The notes below the pieces were generated by a model. It had not been told where the DNA came from. It saw only the letters and a program-made list of their open reading frames with translations, and did not search any database. DNA of 39,015 bases from a virus. Taxonomy: Duplodnaviria; Caudoviricetes. Where the stretch lies: IMG/VR virus record IMGVR_UViG_3300049051_000067, positions 1 to 39,015 of that record, one strand, 5' to 3'. Positions within the stretch are counted from its first letter, which is position 1. Each line of letters opens with the position of its first letter. This document shows, piece by piece, positions 17,709 to 26,637 of the stretch. The translations under genes and the position numbers were made by a program.

Positions 17709-19283
17709 CTATTCCGACTCGTTGCCAGCCTGATCGCCTTCATCTTCATTCTTCGCCACCGCGGACTCGCCTCCACCAGAGGCATCGCGCGCGCGCACTT
17801 GGTTGGCAAAGTCGGACGACAGCACCAGCCCTCGCCGCTTCGCCTCGTCGCGGTGCGCCACCAGCTGCTCCAGCGCATCTCGCGGGTTGATGCCGCGCTT
17901 GCGCATGACCTCCACTTCGGATGCGAAGCCGGCCTGGACCAGCTGCAGCCAGCCGAGCGCCTCCTTGAGCGGATCAATCCAGGGCATGGACTGGCCGACG
18001 AAAAGCGCGTCATCCATGCTGTGCGGATCTACGTCGGCAGGCATGGGCACCACGCCGGAAAGGTGCGCGGCCAGCACGAAGTTCTTCCACACCGGCTGGA
18101 CGAACATCCCGACGAACTCGTCGGTCAGCACCGCATAGTTGATCCACTGCTCGACCAGCTCCTGGCGCTGGGCCGAATACGTTCCGCTGTAATCGCGAGC
18201 CAAGCTGGAATAGCTTGCGCCCAGGCCAGCGGCGACAGCGCGCAGCTGGCCGCCGCGGAATGTCACAAGGTTGGGATTGGGCCGGTTCGAATCGATCAGC
18301 CCGATCTCTTCGCCCGCCACCAGGGTGTCGATGATCATGCCGGGCGAGAACGAAATCTCGCGCGTTCCCGTCTGCGCCGCCGTGGGGTCATCGTTAGCTC
18401 GCCCATAATCCTCGGCGTTGCCCTTCTTGATATAGGCCGTCAGCGACGCCGCGACTTTCGCCGCGATTCGTTCGGATTCCTCGTAATCCTTGATGTCCTC
18501 CAGCCGGGTGATGACGCTAGCAAATTCCGACACACCGCGCATCTGCCCAATCCGGTCGACCAGCTTCAGATGCACGATTCGGTCGGCGGGGACGCGCTTG
18601 ACCTCGAATCGGCCACTGCGCCACGCGTCCAGGCCAGGGAAGCGCTTGTATGCGTAGTATGCGGTCGGACGCCCCCAGCTATTGCGCTCGATGCCTTGCA
18701 GGATCCGCTTGTCCTCGTCGTGGTAGTCCATGGGGATCAGGTCCGGTTCGATCAGCTCGATCGAGTAGGGCACCCTGGTGCCGTGCACCAGGCCGACCGC
18801 TGGGCCGACAATATGCTGGCCCAGGCATTCTCCGTCGCGCAGCCAGGTCTTGCCGACCAGGCGCTGCACCTTGGCCCAGTTGAACTGCTGCGTCACCTCG
18901 GGCTTTTCCGTCCAGTTGCGGTATGCCTGCCGCAGCGCCTTGGCGTATTCTTCGTGGATCTCGCCGCGGCGATTGCGCGGCTGCGGCTCGATGCCGATAC
19001 CACTCGGGCCGACGATATTGTTGACCAGCGTCCGCAATGCGCCGCGGGCGATGTCGTGATTCTTTTCCAGCGCCCGGGCCTGGGCGCGAAGCACGACGGC
19101 GCCCTGCTGCACGTCCGCGTCTGGTGCCCGCGAAGCGCGGACACTTTTGCGCAGCCGGGAAGGCTTGGCCGCTTCGTATTGGCTGAGGACCCGGCGCGCC
19201 TGCAAGCGGCTCACGCCCGCGGATGGGTTGAAGTAGGCGACCAACCTGTCGACGGCATTCAAAGTCACTTTCAGCTTGTCCAT
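17709..19283 (-). CDS. Portal protein, lambda family
   Basis: LRAQARAL..N, GQMRGVS, DYSGTYS..RQEL and WIDPLKE motifs. Confidence 0.95.
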   Translation of the reverse strand: MDKLKVTLNAVDRLVAYFNPSAGVSRLQARRVLSQYEAAKPSRLRKSVRASRAPDADVQQGAVVLRAQARALEKNHDIARGALRTLVNNIVGPSGIGIEPQPRNRRGEIHEEYAKALRQAYRNWTEKPEVTQQFNWAKVQRLVGKTWLRDGECLGQHIVGPAVGLVHGTRVPYSIELIEPDLIPMDYHDEDKRILQGIERNSWGRPTAYYAYKRFPGLDAWRSGRFEVKRVPADRIVHLKLVDRIGQMRGVSEFASVITRLEDIKDYEESERIAAKVAASLTAYIKKGNAEDYGRANDDPTAAQTGTREISFSPGMIIDTLVAGEEIGLIDSNRPNPNLVTFRGGQLRAVAAGLGASYSSLARDYSGTYSAQRQELVEQWINYAVLTDEFVGMFVQPVWKNFVLAAHLSGVVPMPADVDPHSMDDALFVGQSMPWIDPLKEALGWLQLVQAGFASEVEVMRKRGINPRDALEQLVAHRDEAKRRGLVLSSDFANQVRARDASGGGESAVAKNEDEGDQAGNESE

Positions 19284-19513
19284 CAGCGCGCTCCGGTAAA
19301 GTTGGCCAGCGAGTAGCCGCGCCCGCCGAACACTTGGCCGCCGCCGGCGCCGCTTTCAGCGCGCACCCGGGCCTCCCATTCCTGTCGCCCGGCCCGGATC
19401 TCCGCCAGGTCCTCCATTCGCAGGCGCCGCTCGCCGAAGCTGACTTCCTTGCCCTCCAGCAGGGCCCGCTCGGCGTCCAGGTACCTCTGCATCATATCCG
19501 TTGCTATTGACAT
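19283..19513 (-). CDS. gpW-like head completion protein
   Basis: YLDAERALLEGKEV ... MEDLAEIRAGRQEWE; SD GGAGG; directly upstream of the portal. Confidence 0.75.
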   Translation of the reverse strand: MSIATDMMQRYLDAERALLEGKEVSFGERRLRMEDLAEIRAGRQEWEARVRAESGAGGGQVFGGRGYSLANFTGAR

Positions 19514-19557
19514 CACATCCTCCGGTATCGATCCGCTCGAACGGTATCAGGGCTGCC

Positions 19558-19583
19558 GTCCCATATCTACGCAAAGCTGAGAC
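19558..19583. promoter_or_regulatory. Putative Mor/C-type late activator site 2 (GTCCCA-N14-TGAGAC)
   Basis: Directly after the mor-like gene and upstream of gpW/portal; TACCGT -10-like hexamer on the - strand at 19541-19546. Confidence 0.6.
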
Positions 19584-19586
19584 TTC

Positions 19587-19871
19587 CTAGCCGCCCTTGA
19601 GCATGCGGTAGAACTGGCTGCGGCTCACGCCGAACTCCTCCTGGAGGTCCAGCCGGTTCTTGCCGTTGTAGCGTTGGCGAATCTGGACGGCGCGGGCGTC
19701 GGTATCGACGTCCGACTTCTTGACGTACACTGCCTGCCCGCCCCACGCCAGCCGGAGCCTGCTCTCCATCTGCTTCCCTGCATTCGCCGAGAACACGTCG
19801 TCGCCGAGCGTCGCGCGCATCTCTTCGATAATTGCCCCAATGATGTCCTGTTGGTGTTGCTGCATCGTCAA
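19587..19871 (-). CDS. Mor/C-family transcription activator
   Basis: WGGQAVYVKK ... R...I...YNGKN..DL..EFGVSRSQFYRML signature; alternative start ATG 19865. Confidence 0.82.
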   Translation of the reverse strand: MTMQQHQQDIIGAIIEEMRATLGDDVFSANAGKQMESRLRLAWGGQAVYVKKSDVDTDARAVQIRQRYNGKNRLDLQEEFGVSRSQFYRMLKGG

Positions 19872-21979
19872 AATCCTCTATTGGCCCAGCCTTCGGACGC
19901 GAACGGGCTCGCTGCTGGACGAGATGGTTGTGCGGGGCGCTGTGCCTGGGCCGGCGCGCCGAGTGCTCCCGGACCGGCGTGCGCATTGGCCGCGGGGCGC
20001 TGGCCGTGCGCCGCCGGCGCCGCCAAGGACGGGACAGCTGTAGCCGGCGCGGCAAACAGGTCGCCTACCGCCGGCGCCACCGCCTCTTCCAGCTCGTCCC
20101 AGAACCGCGCGCCCTTCTTCGCCAGCTCGAGGTGCGTTTCGAGCCACACCCCGTAAACCGTGCAGTCCCACGCTTCGACGCGCTTGCGCAGCGCCGTCCA
20201 GCGCGATTCCTTTCCGCCGGCGGTAGCGCGCTCAACGCGTGCTTCGCCAGCCATTTGCTTGAAGAATTCATCGCTCGCGTCCTTCGAAAAGTGCATGTAC
20301 CCAGGCCCGGGCCGCGTGATCTGCAGCCGGCCATATATCAGGTCCTTGGCCAGGTTGGTGCCGACCTGCCAGAGCAGCAGGCCCTTTTTCAGCGTCTTGC
20401 CGCGCCAGTCGATGTCCACCCGCGAGACGCCATCCTTGATGTGCTTCTCTTTCCCGGAGCGGCCCCGCAGAGCGAACACCTTGCGCCCGGCCCGGGTTTG
20501 GGCGTGCACGAAGCTGTACACCGCCTGCGTGCAGTGCCCTTGGGTGTCGATGGAGGCGGCGTAGGTCCGTAGCACGGTGCCGCGCTCGTGGACGAATTCG
20601 GTCTCCCACAAGTATTCGGCCAGGTCCTGCCACACCTGCTCCTCCAGCGGGTTGCCGTAGAAAATCCTGTAGTCGACCAGCCAGGTTTCACACCCGCGCC
20701 CGTAGCCCCTCATCGCCACCTCGATCCGGTTGTCCTGCGTATCGCAGCTGGCCAGGAGCAGCAGCGCGCCCTTCGGCACCGTGCCGAATGCATACGGCTC
20801 CGCGCGCTCCTTCAGCTGTTCGGCGTCGGTCTTTTCCATCTCGACCGCCCAGGGCAGGCCGAGCGTGGTGTTGGTGAACACCTTCAGCTTGGTGATATCG
20901 CCCGCCTGGGCCTTCTCGTAGGCGGTGAGGAAGTCGTCCACCAGGCTTGCCCAGGTGGCCGCCGGGCTGTAGGCGGTCCATACGTGGAAGGCAATGTGCG
21001 GCAGCGCGGGGATCTCGGCGCCGGCGGCGTTGCGGAAGACGCCCTCGGCATCGATCGTGATGCTGGCGTCCGCGTTCTGCCAGCGTCCGGACGGCGCGGC
21101 CGCCAGGTAGTCGCCTTGGGAAATCAGCATCCCACACTCCGGGTTCGGGCACAGGTGCCGGACGGAGTCGGGGTCGCCCGGCAGCCAGCGGAAGCCGGTG
21201 GTGTCGTCCTTTTTGCCCCATACCAGCGGGTGGAAGCGCCCGCAGCCGGGGCATGGAATGGCGTACTTGAACCGTTCGTCGGCCTGGTTGTAGCGGTCTT
21301 CGATCAGCGAGAAGCCGGCAAGCTTCGGGGTCGAGCCGGTGATCATCTTCGGGAAGGTCGCGCCTTCGATGCGCTTCTTTGCCAGGTAGTCGGGCGAGCC
21401 TTCCTTTTCGATGTCCCGCAAGAACGCGTCCAGCTCGTCCAGGATCGCCACATCGACGGAAATGCGGCGGTAGGCGCGCGCAGCGGTTCCACCGCGCGTG
21501 TGCAGCAGGCAGCCCAGGAACTTCTTCTGCGACAGCGTGTTGTCCTTGTGCCGGGCCATATGCGCCGGCATGGCGCGCGCCATCACCGCGACGTCGCGCA
21601 GCATGGGGTCAAGTTCGGTTTTCACGAACTCGTCGTTATCTCCGTCGGTGGGCTGCCAGAGCGCCTGGTTGCGGCGCTTATGCTCGGCGAAGTAGCCAAT
21701 CGCCGCCAACATGATCTTGGTGTTGCCCACACGCGCCGATTTCATCCAGTCGATGAACTGGATGTCATCGTTGCTGATGCATGCCATGATCGCGCGCTGG
21801 AACGGCCACGGCGACCAGGCCTGCTCGACGTAGGACGACTCGGCCGAGAGGTAGAAGTGTTGACGGGCCCACTCCTCCAGGCTAAGCGGTTCAGGAACCC
21901 CGAACGCGCCAAGGCCGCGCCTGACGGTCGCATCGACTTCGGGCGATTCCCAGCCCAGGACTTCGCACATGTTGCTCAT
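19868..21979 (-). CDS. Terminase large subunit (lambda gpA family)
   Basis: KSARVGNTK, ILDELD, GSTP, CPGC...CP..EC and VEAWDCTVY motifs. Confidence 0.95.
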   Translation of the reverse strand: MSNMCEVLGWESPEVDATVRRGLGAFGVPEPLSLEEWARQHFYLSAESSYVEQAWSPWPFQRAIMACISNDDIQFIDWMKSARVGNTKIMLAAIGYFAEHKRRNQALWQPTDGDNDEFVKTELDPMLRDVAVMARAMPAHMARHKDNTLSQKKFLGCLLHTRGGTAARAYRRISVDVAILDELDAFLRDIEKEGSPDYLAKKRIEGATFPKMITGSTPKLAGFSLIEDRYNQADERFKYAIPCPGCGRFHPLVWGKKDDTTGFRWLPGDPDSVRHLCPNPECGMLISQGDYLAAAPSGRWQNADASITIDAEGVFRNAAGAEIPALPHIAFHVWTAYSPAATWASLVDDFLTAYEKAQAGDITKLKVFTNTTLGLPWAVEMEKTDAEQLKERAEPYAFGTVPKGALLLLASCDTQDNRIEVAMRGYGRGCETWLVDYRIFYGNPLEEQVWQDLAEYLWETEFVHERGTVLRTYAASIDTQGHCTQAVYSFVHAQTRAGRKVFALRGRSGKEKHIKDGVSRVDIDWRGKTLKKGLLLWQVGTNLAKDLIYGRLQITRPGPGYMHFSKDASDEFFKQMAGEARVERATAGGKESRWTALRKRVEAWDCTVYGVWLETHLELAKKGARFWDELEEAVAPAVGDLFAAPATAVPSLAAPAAHGQRPAANAHAGPGALGAPAQAQRPAQPSRPAASPFASEGWANRGF

Positions 21980-22494
21980 GACTGGGCCTCGATGTCGGTG
22001 TCTTCGTCGGCGGCGCTGTCCGCTTCTTCGCGCAGATCCGCAAGCGACACATTGGCCGCGATGTTGCGCACGCGCGCGATTTCCTGCGCAATTGCCTTCA
22101 CCTCCTCGGCGGGAAGCGTGGGCAGCCGGCGCTTGACCGCGCCAGGGATCGCATCGAGGATGCCGGCAACTCGCGATCCGGCCTTCGCCAGCACCTCCTC
22201 GATCAGGCCGACCGGCGCCAGCTCCCGGCGGGTGACAGCGTTTTGCAGAGCGATCTTGATCTTCTGCTCCCGCGCCAGCTCGGCGCGCTCGGCCGCCAGG
22301 TTGAGAGTGCCGCCCGTGGATCGGCCGGCAGCCTGCTCGCGCAGGTGCGCGCAGTAGGCGCGCAGCGCCACGCCGGCAGGCGCGCCTATGTCGAGCACGC
22401 CACGGCTGACCAGGTCGCTGACCGCCTGCTGGCTGATGCCGACAAGCTCGCCGAATGCGGTCTGGGTCATCGGCTGGTTCAGGTCAGGCACCAA
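21976..22494 (-). CDS. Terminase small subunit (Nu1-like)
   Basis: N-terminal HTH (TQTAFGELVGISQQAVS), YCAHLREQAAGR and ERAELAREQ; ATGA overlap with the large subunit. Confidence 0.88.
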   Translation of the reverse strand: MVPDLNQPMTQTAFGELVGISQQAVSDLVSRGVLDIGAPAGVALRAYCAHLREQAAGRSTGGTLNLAAERAELAREQKIKIALQNAVTRRELAPVGLIEEVLAKAGSRVAGILDAIPGAVKRRLPTLPAEEVKAIAQEIARVRNIAANVSLADLREEADSAADEDTDIEAQS

Positions 22495-22534
22495 TACAAC
22501 CCCCTTGGCAAACGCCCATGACTAGCGCGGGATC

Positions 22535-22576
22535 AGGGTTCGAATTACCCTTGCCGCCTCCCTCTCGGGAGTACCT
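22535..22576 (-). other. Putative cos region (cosQ-like AGGTACT followed by dyad AGGGT-N7-ACCCT)
   Basis: About 40 bp upstream of terS, the position of lambda cos. AGGTACT resembles cosQ GGGTCCT and lies ~18 bp before the dyad. Confidence 0.5.
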
Positions 22577-22638
22577 TGAAACGTTGCAAATCCGCAACGA
22601 AATCCCGTCGCTCGCAAGGTCGACCAGCATGCATTCGA

Positions 22639-23391
22639 TCATCGCGACGTCCTTTCAGCTTCGACCATGGCGCGGGCGAACTCGCCTGCAAATTCCTTCT
22701 CCACCGTCTTCTCAACCACGTACTCCATGTCGAACCGCTCGGTGTAGACCGCCGAACGCACGAACAGCAGCACGGGCTTGATCGCGCTGCCGAAGGCGAA
22801 GTTGGTGCGCTGGTAAATGCCGAGCGGGAGACGGTCGCCTGGTCGGCCGACGAAATAGGCGTAGCCTTGCTTACGCTTACTGCCGCGCGCCAGGCGGGCA
22901 CGCGCTTCTGCGGTCATGTTGGCCTTGTACCCTGCCTCCGGGAAGGCGCGGAAATAGGCGAGCAGCTGGACGATCTGCCCTCGGCTCATATTGCCGAAAG
23001 CATCGAGGCGCGCTCCGGCGCCGGGTACGGCGCGAAACCCAGCCGGCATGGCGCCAACGGCCTGCAGCGCGCGCTCGAACCGCTTCTGCCCGCGCTGGCC
23101 TCCCCTGATCTGCGGCAGCATGTATTTGGCCGCCGGCGTCGCCTTCGTGGCCTCGTCCTTCAGCATGACCGTGGCGGTCAGTCTGGTCTTGGTCGCCGGC
23201 TCGACACGCAGGCCGGCCAGCGTGTATGGCGTCGGATTGCGGAACACGTCGCGCATCTCGTGCTGCACGGCGGGCACCGCCTTCTGCGCCGTGCGCGTGA
23301 GCGCCACCCGCGCTGCAAAGTCCACCTGCTTTCGCGCGCCCTGCATCTGGCTTGCCAGCGCACTGATCGCGCTGTTGACGTTCACTGCCAT
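22639..23391 (-). CDS. Conserved basic phage protein, possibly tail-completion/neck (gpZ/Ne1-like)
   Basis: SD AAGGAG with ATG 23391; KQVDFAARVALTRTA..F.NPTPYT pattern; Arg-rich. Confidence 0.5.
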   Translation of the reverse strand: MAVNVNSAISALASQMQGARKQVDFAARVALTRTAQKAVPAVQHEMRDVFRNPTPYTLAGLRVEPATKTRLTATVMLKDEATKATPAAKYMLPQIRGGQRGQKRFERALQAVGAMPAGFRAVPGAGARLDAFGNMSRGQIVQLLAYFRAFPEAGYKANMTAEARARLARGSKRKQGYAYFVGRPGDRLPLGIYQRTNFAFGSAIKPVLLFVRSAVYTERFDMEYVVEKTVEKEFAGEFARAMVEAERTSR

Positions 23392-23458
23392 GTCGCTGCT
23401 CCTTCTTTCAAATTTGTCACCACCATCCACCCGGGCAGGGGGAAATGCTGGTCGCAAA

Positions 23459-23717
23459 GCAGGGTTTCCGGGTTTCGTACCAAACCCTGCTCCGTTGAAA
23501 CCCTCACCAACACTTGCTTAGCGCAGGGTATGCATGGTTTCAGGGTTGTTTTAAACATGGCAGATTGGAATAACTCGCAAGGTCGCAAAAACGTACTTTC
23601 CGTACACGTGCGCCCAACCCTGCCAACCCTGCAACCCTGCTCAAAGCAAGTATCCATGCGGGTTTGCGCGGAGCAGGGTTGATAATCAACCCGGCGCAAC
23701 CCTGCACCGAACCCGGC
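23459..23717. repeat. Iteron array (AACCCTGC consensus, direct and inverted) around an AT-rich spacer; putative replication origin
   Basis: Exact or 1-2 mismatch copies start at 23459, 23468, 23483, 23499, 23523, 23532, 23540, 23616, 23625, 23633, 23658, 23673, 23688, 23698 and 23710, directly downstream of the primase-helicase gene. Confidence 0.75.
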
Positions 23718-23718
23718 G

Positions 23719-26418
23719 CTATTCGGCCCTGACATCCGCCACCTTTCTGAACTCGTCGATCTCTTCCTCCAGCTTGGCCTTGTCGGGGCTGCCAATCTCG
23801 AACACCATGCGCGACTTCGGCTGCTTCTTGTTCACCGACACCTTGCGCTTGACCTTGTGTTCACGGCTGGCGATCAGGCCGGCGAACTTGCACAGCGTCA
23901 GCGCCTTCTCGCCGCTCTTGTCGCACCATCGCCGGTAGATGCGATACAGGTCTTCGCTCAAGCACGAGCAGTACGGCGCCTCCAGATAGCCATCCTTCCA
24001 GGCGCGGTGGAACGACATCCAGCCGCTCAGGCCAAACTCGATCACGCGTTCCTTGGCCAGGGTCATGATCGGCTTCGTGTGTTCGTCGAAGCCATCCAAC
24101 GGCAAATTCAGCAGGTAGTGGTAGAACGCCTCGACAGCGCCGGCGTCGATCGCCTCCTTCACCCAGCGGTAGAACTCCTCGCTCTGCTTGGCCCTGGCCT
24201 CGATCACCATGAAGCGCCGGTCCTCCAGCTCGATCGGAATGGGCTGCGGCTCGTTCGAGAGGAAAGCCGCGTTCATGTGGTTGCGCTCGGTGCGCTCCGG
24301 CAGGTTCTTCTGGTTGATGCTCATGTGCTTGCCGGTGACCATGTACTTCAGCGTGCCGTTGTGGCTGTACTTGTCATCCCGCGACAACACCTCTTCGAAG
24401 AGGACGAATAGCTTGCGCGAGCGCCAGGCGGTAAAGGTCGAATCCAGCTGGTGCTGGCTGGCCACGGTGCCGTAGTCGCCGTAAATCGGCGCGATCACAT
24501 CCTGGAAGAAGAGGCTCTTGCCGGTGCCCTGCTTCTCGCCGAACATCAGCAATGCTGTCTGCATCTTGGCGCCGGGGTGCTGCAACGGATAAGCCAGCCA
24601 GCGCAAGATCCAGTGCACGCAGTCCTCCACCTGATCCTCGGCGCTGCACAGCGATTCAAGGAGCGCGAGGATCGGCGAGACGAGTTCCGGATTCGGCTTT
24701 GGCACCAGTGGCCAGCCCAGGAAGATGTTGACGTGCGTGACCGGGTCGGCCGTCTGGGTCGGGTCGAACACCAGGTTCTTCGCCTCGATGGTCTTGCGCA
24801 GCGCATGCTCTTGCCATTTCGCCGTCAACTCTGATGTATAGTCAGCGCGCACGGCGCCCAGGCTCATCACCTGTTGGCCGATGCCGTCCCACACAGTCTC
24901 GGTTCCGCGCAGTAGGGTGAGGTGCTCCAGCATTTCGCCCAGCTTGCCGCCCGCGCCGCCGCCCTCCACTGCTCGACCACCGACCAGCGTAGGTAAGCTC
25001 TCGCGCATCACCGTGCGCCGTGCCTCGGCCTTCTCCCACTTGGCGGCCAGCTCTTTACCGACCCAGGCCGTGAACGCAGATTTCTTCAGGCGCTGCTTGC
25101 GCAGCCCATCCCACACATCGGTGGTTGGATAGATGAGGGCGAAGTGCGACAACAGCACTTCCAGCGTCGGCGCGCTGAGACTCGCCGGCTCTGGCTGGGC
25201 CGGGGGTGCGGGGGCTTGCGCCTCCGGCGCAGAATAACGATCCGGCGTCGGCTCGGCGCCGGGCTCATCAGCGCCAGGGGCGCGAAGTGCAGCCAGCACC
25301 TGCTGGCGCACCACTTCCAGGGATTCGTGAACGTGCAAGTCATTGAAGTCGGTCCACTTTTCCGCACCGCGCGCCGCGAACTTCGGCCACACAACACGCG
25401 CGTTGCCGACTTCCCGCGCCGCGGCGCGCGCGCTGGCGATACCCGCGTTCTCAAACTTCCAGATCTGGAAGCGACGGCCGGAGCGCACGTCGGCCTCGAT
25501 GTAATCTGTGCCGGTCGCATCCTTGCGCCAGGTCGCGCGAACGGTAACCGTGTCGCCAGCCTCATTGGACAACACATGGTCGGCGCCATCGATCGGCGGC
25601 GCGGCCACACCGAACTCGGCCTGGACGTCGCGCTCATAGCGCGGGACCAGCTGCCAGTCATCGTCAGCGAAGAAGATCAACTCCGCTTCTGGGAAATCGC
25701 GCCGCAGCTGGCGTGCGACATGCAGCAAATTGCCGGCGCTGAATGCCGACATCAAGGGCAAGGCCCCCTCTACGGACATGCGCACAGACTGCCCGCTTGC
25801 ATACCCTTCGGCAAGCCCGATCTGTCCTGTACCGGCCGGAATGGTCCCCAGCATGCAGCTCACGCCGACGGTATCGGCACCGGCGTTGAACTTCTTTTCG
25901 CCCAGCGCATCAATCTTCTGTACGCATGCCAGCTCCGAACTGCCATGGGCGTAGCGGCGGGCCGGGATCAGCAGGTGCCCCGTGTCGTCGACGCGGGCGA
26001 ACTCGCCCGAAACTTGCTTGCGTACCAGGTAGGGGTGAGCATCAGCCTCATTCGCCGGCCTGGCCTGACGCCACTGGCGCCGAGCCCGTCCAGAAGCCAG
26101 ATCGGCAACGCGCCGGCGCCGCGCTTCCTCTTCGCGCTCCTTCTCTTCCTGCTTACGCTTGATGCTCGCCAGCTCGGCCTCGCTTACGCCGGACCAGTCC
26201 ACCTCGACCTTGACGGTGCCCGGATCGCGGCCCTGCCAGCGTCCGAACGCGCCGGTGACAACGCACCGGCCGTCATCGAGCATGACTTCGAAGAGCTTGT
26301 ACCAGGACTTCTTGCCCTTGCCGAATTTGCGGAACTTCCCCGCTGTGTCCAGCGGGGTCGGTGGCAATGACGGCAGAACCGCCGCCATCTGGGCCAGTAC
26401 ATCATTGACCGTTGTCAT
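23719..26418 (-). CDS. Primase-helicase fusion (Toprim plus D5-like/DUF5906 SF3 helicase)
   Basis: Toprim LAEGYASG and FADDD, TDFNDL; Walker A GEKQGTGKS, Walker B VLFEE, motif C FLSN and DRRF. Confidence 0.9.
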   Translation of the reverse strand: MTTVNDVLAQMAAVLPSLPPTPLDTAGKFRKFGKGKKSWYKLFEVMLDDGRCVVTGAFGRWQGRDPGTVKVEVDWSGVSEAELASIKRKQEEKEREEEARRRRVADLASGRARRQWRQARPANEADAHPYLVRKQVSGEFARVDDTGHLLIPARRYAHGSSELACVQKIDALGEKKFNAGADTVGVSCMLGTIPAGTGQIGLAEGYASGQSVRMSVEGALPLMSAFSAGNLLHVARQLRRDFPEAELIFFADDDWQLVPRYERDVQAEFGVAAPPIDGADHVLSNEAGDTVTVRATWRKDATGTDYIEADVRSGRRFQIWKFENAGIASARAAAREVGNARVVWPKFAARGAEKWTDFNDLHVHESLEVVRQQVLAALRAPGADEPGAEPTPDRYSAPEAQAPAPPAQPEPASLSAPTLEVLLSHFALIYPTTDVWDGLRKQRLKKSAFTAWVGKELAAKWEKAEARRTVMRESLPTLVGGRAVEGGGAGGKLGEMLEHLTLLRGTETVWDGIGQQVMSLGAVRADYTSELTAKWQEHALRKTIEAKNLVFDPTQTADPVTHVNIFLGWPLVPKPNPELVSPILALLESLCSAEDQVEDCVHWILRWLAYPLQHPGAKMQTALLMFGEKQGTGKSLFFQDVIAPIYGDYGTVASQHQLDSTFTAWRSRKLFVLFEEVLSRDDKYSHNGTLKYMVTGKHMSINQKNLPERTERNHMNAAFLSNEPQPIPIELEDRRFMVIEARAKQSEEFYRWVKEAIDAGAVEAFYHYLLNLPLDGFDEHTKPIMTLAKERVIEFGLSGWMSFHRAWKDGYLEAPYCSCLSEDLYRIYRRWCDKSGEKALTLCKFAGLIASREHKVKRKVSVNKKQPKSRMVFEIGSPDKAKLEEEIDEFRKVADVRAE

Positions 26419-26630
26419 TGCCCGTCTTTTTCCAAAAACGCACCAGCAGCGTATGCAACCCGCTGATCACCAGCGAGGGATGGGTGTCGGCGATAGTCCA
26501 GTGCGCCGGGACGAATTACCACCACCGCTCCGCGCTTATTGACGTTCGAAGAATGCGTGGTGAGCCGGTGGTTCGTGATTGCGCGCACGTGGGTTTGCTG
26601 GTCGGCGCCGACCTGATCGTTATCGTTCAT
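26415..26630 (-). CDS. Hypothetical phage protein
   Basis: 71 aa, ATGA-coupled to the primase; RPGALDYRRHPS motif. Confidence 0.6.
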   Translation of the reverse strand: MNDNDQVGADQQTHVRAITNHRLTTHSSNVNKRGAVVVIRPGALDYRRHPSLAGDQRVAYAAGAFLEKDGQ

Positions 26631-26637
26631 GGGGCTA

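Noticed and set aside
17673-17709. Overlapping GC hairpins after the portal stop (CCCGCG/CGCGGG and GGGCGGGC/GCCCGCCC)
   Set aside because: No U-tract on the coding strand; possibly mRNA-stabilising, but not distinguishable from chance in GC-rich DNA.
17193-19316. 707-aa + strand ORF, and similar long antisense ORFs (6007-7617, 10093-11472, 13184-14449, 15552-17114, 20588-22357, 25144-26370, 30395-32029)
   Set aside because: They lie antisense to well-supported phage genes and have no recognisable motifs; such shadows are expected in high-GC coding DNA.
23459-23717. Repeat cluster as a CRISPR array or a coding region (ORF 23382..23795)
   Set aside because: The repeats are 8 bp, irregularly spaced and in both orientations, with no cas genes; iterons explain them better.
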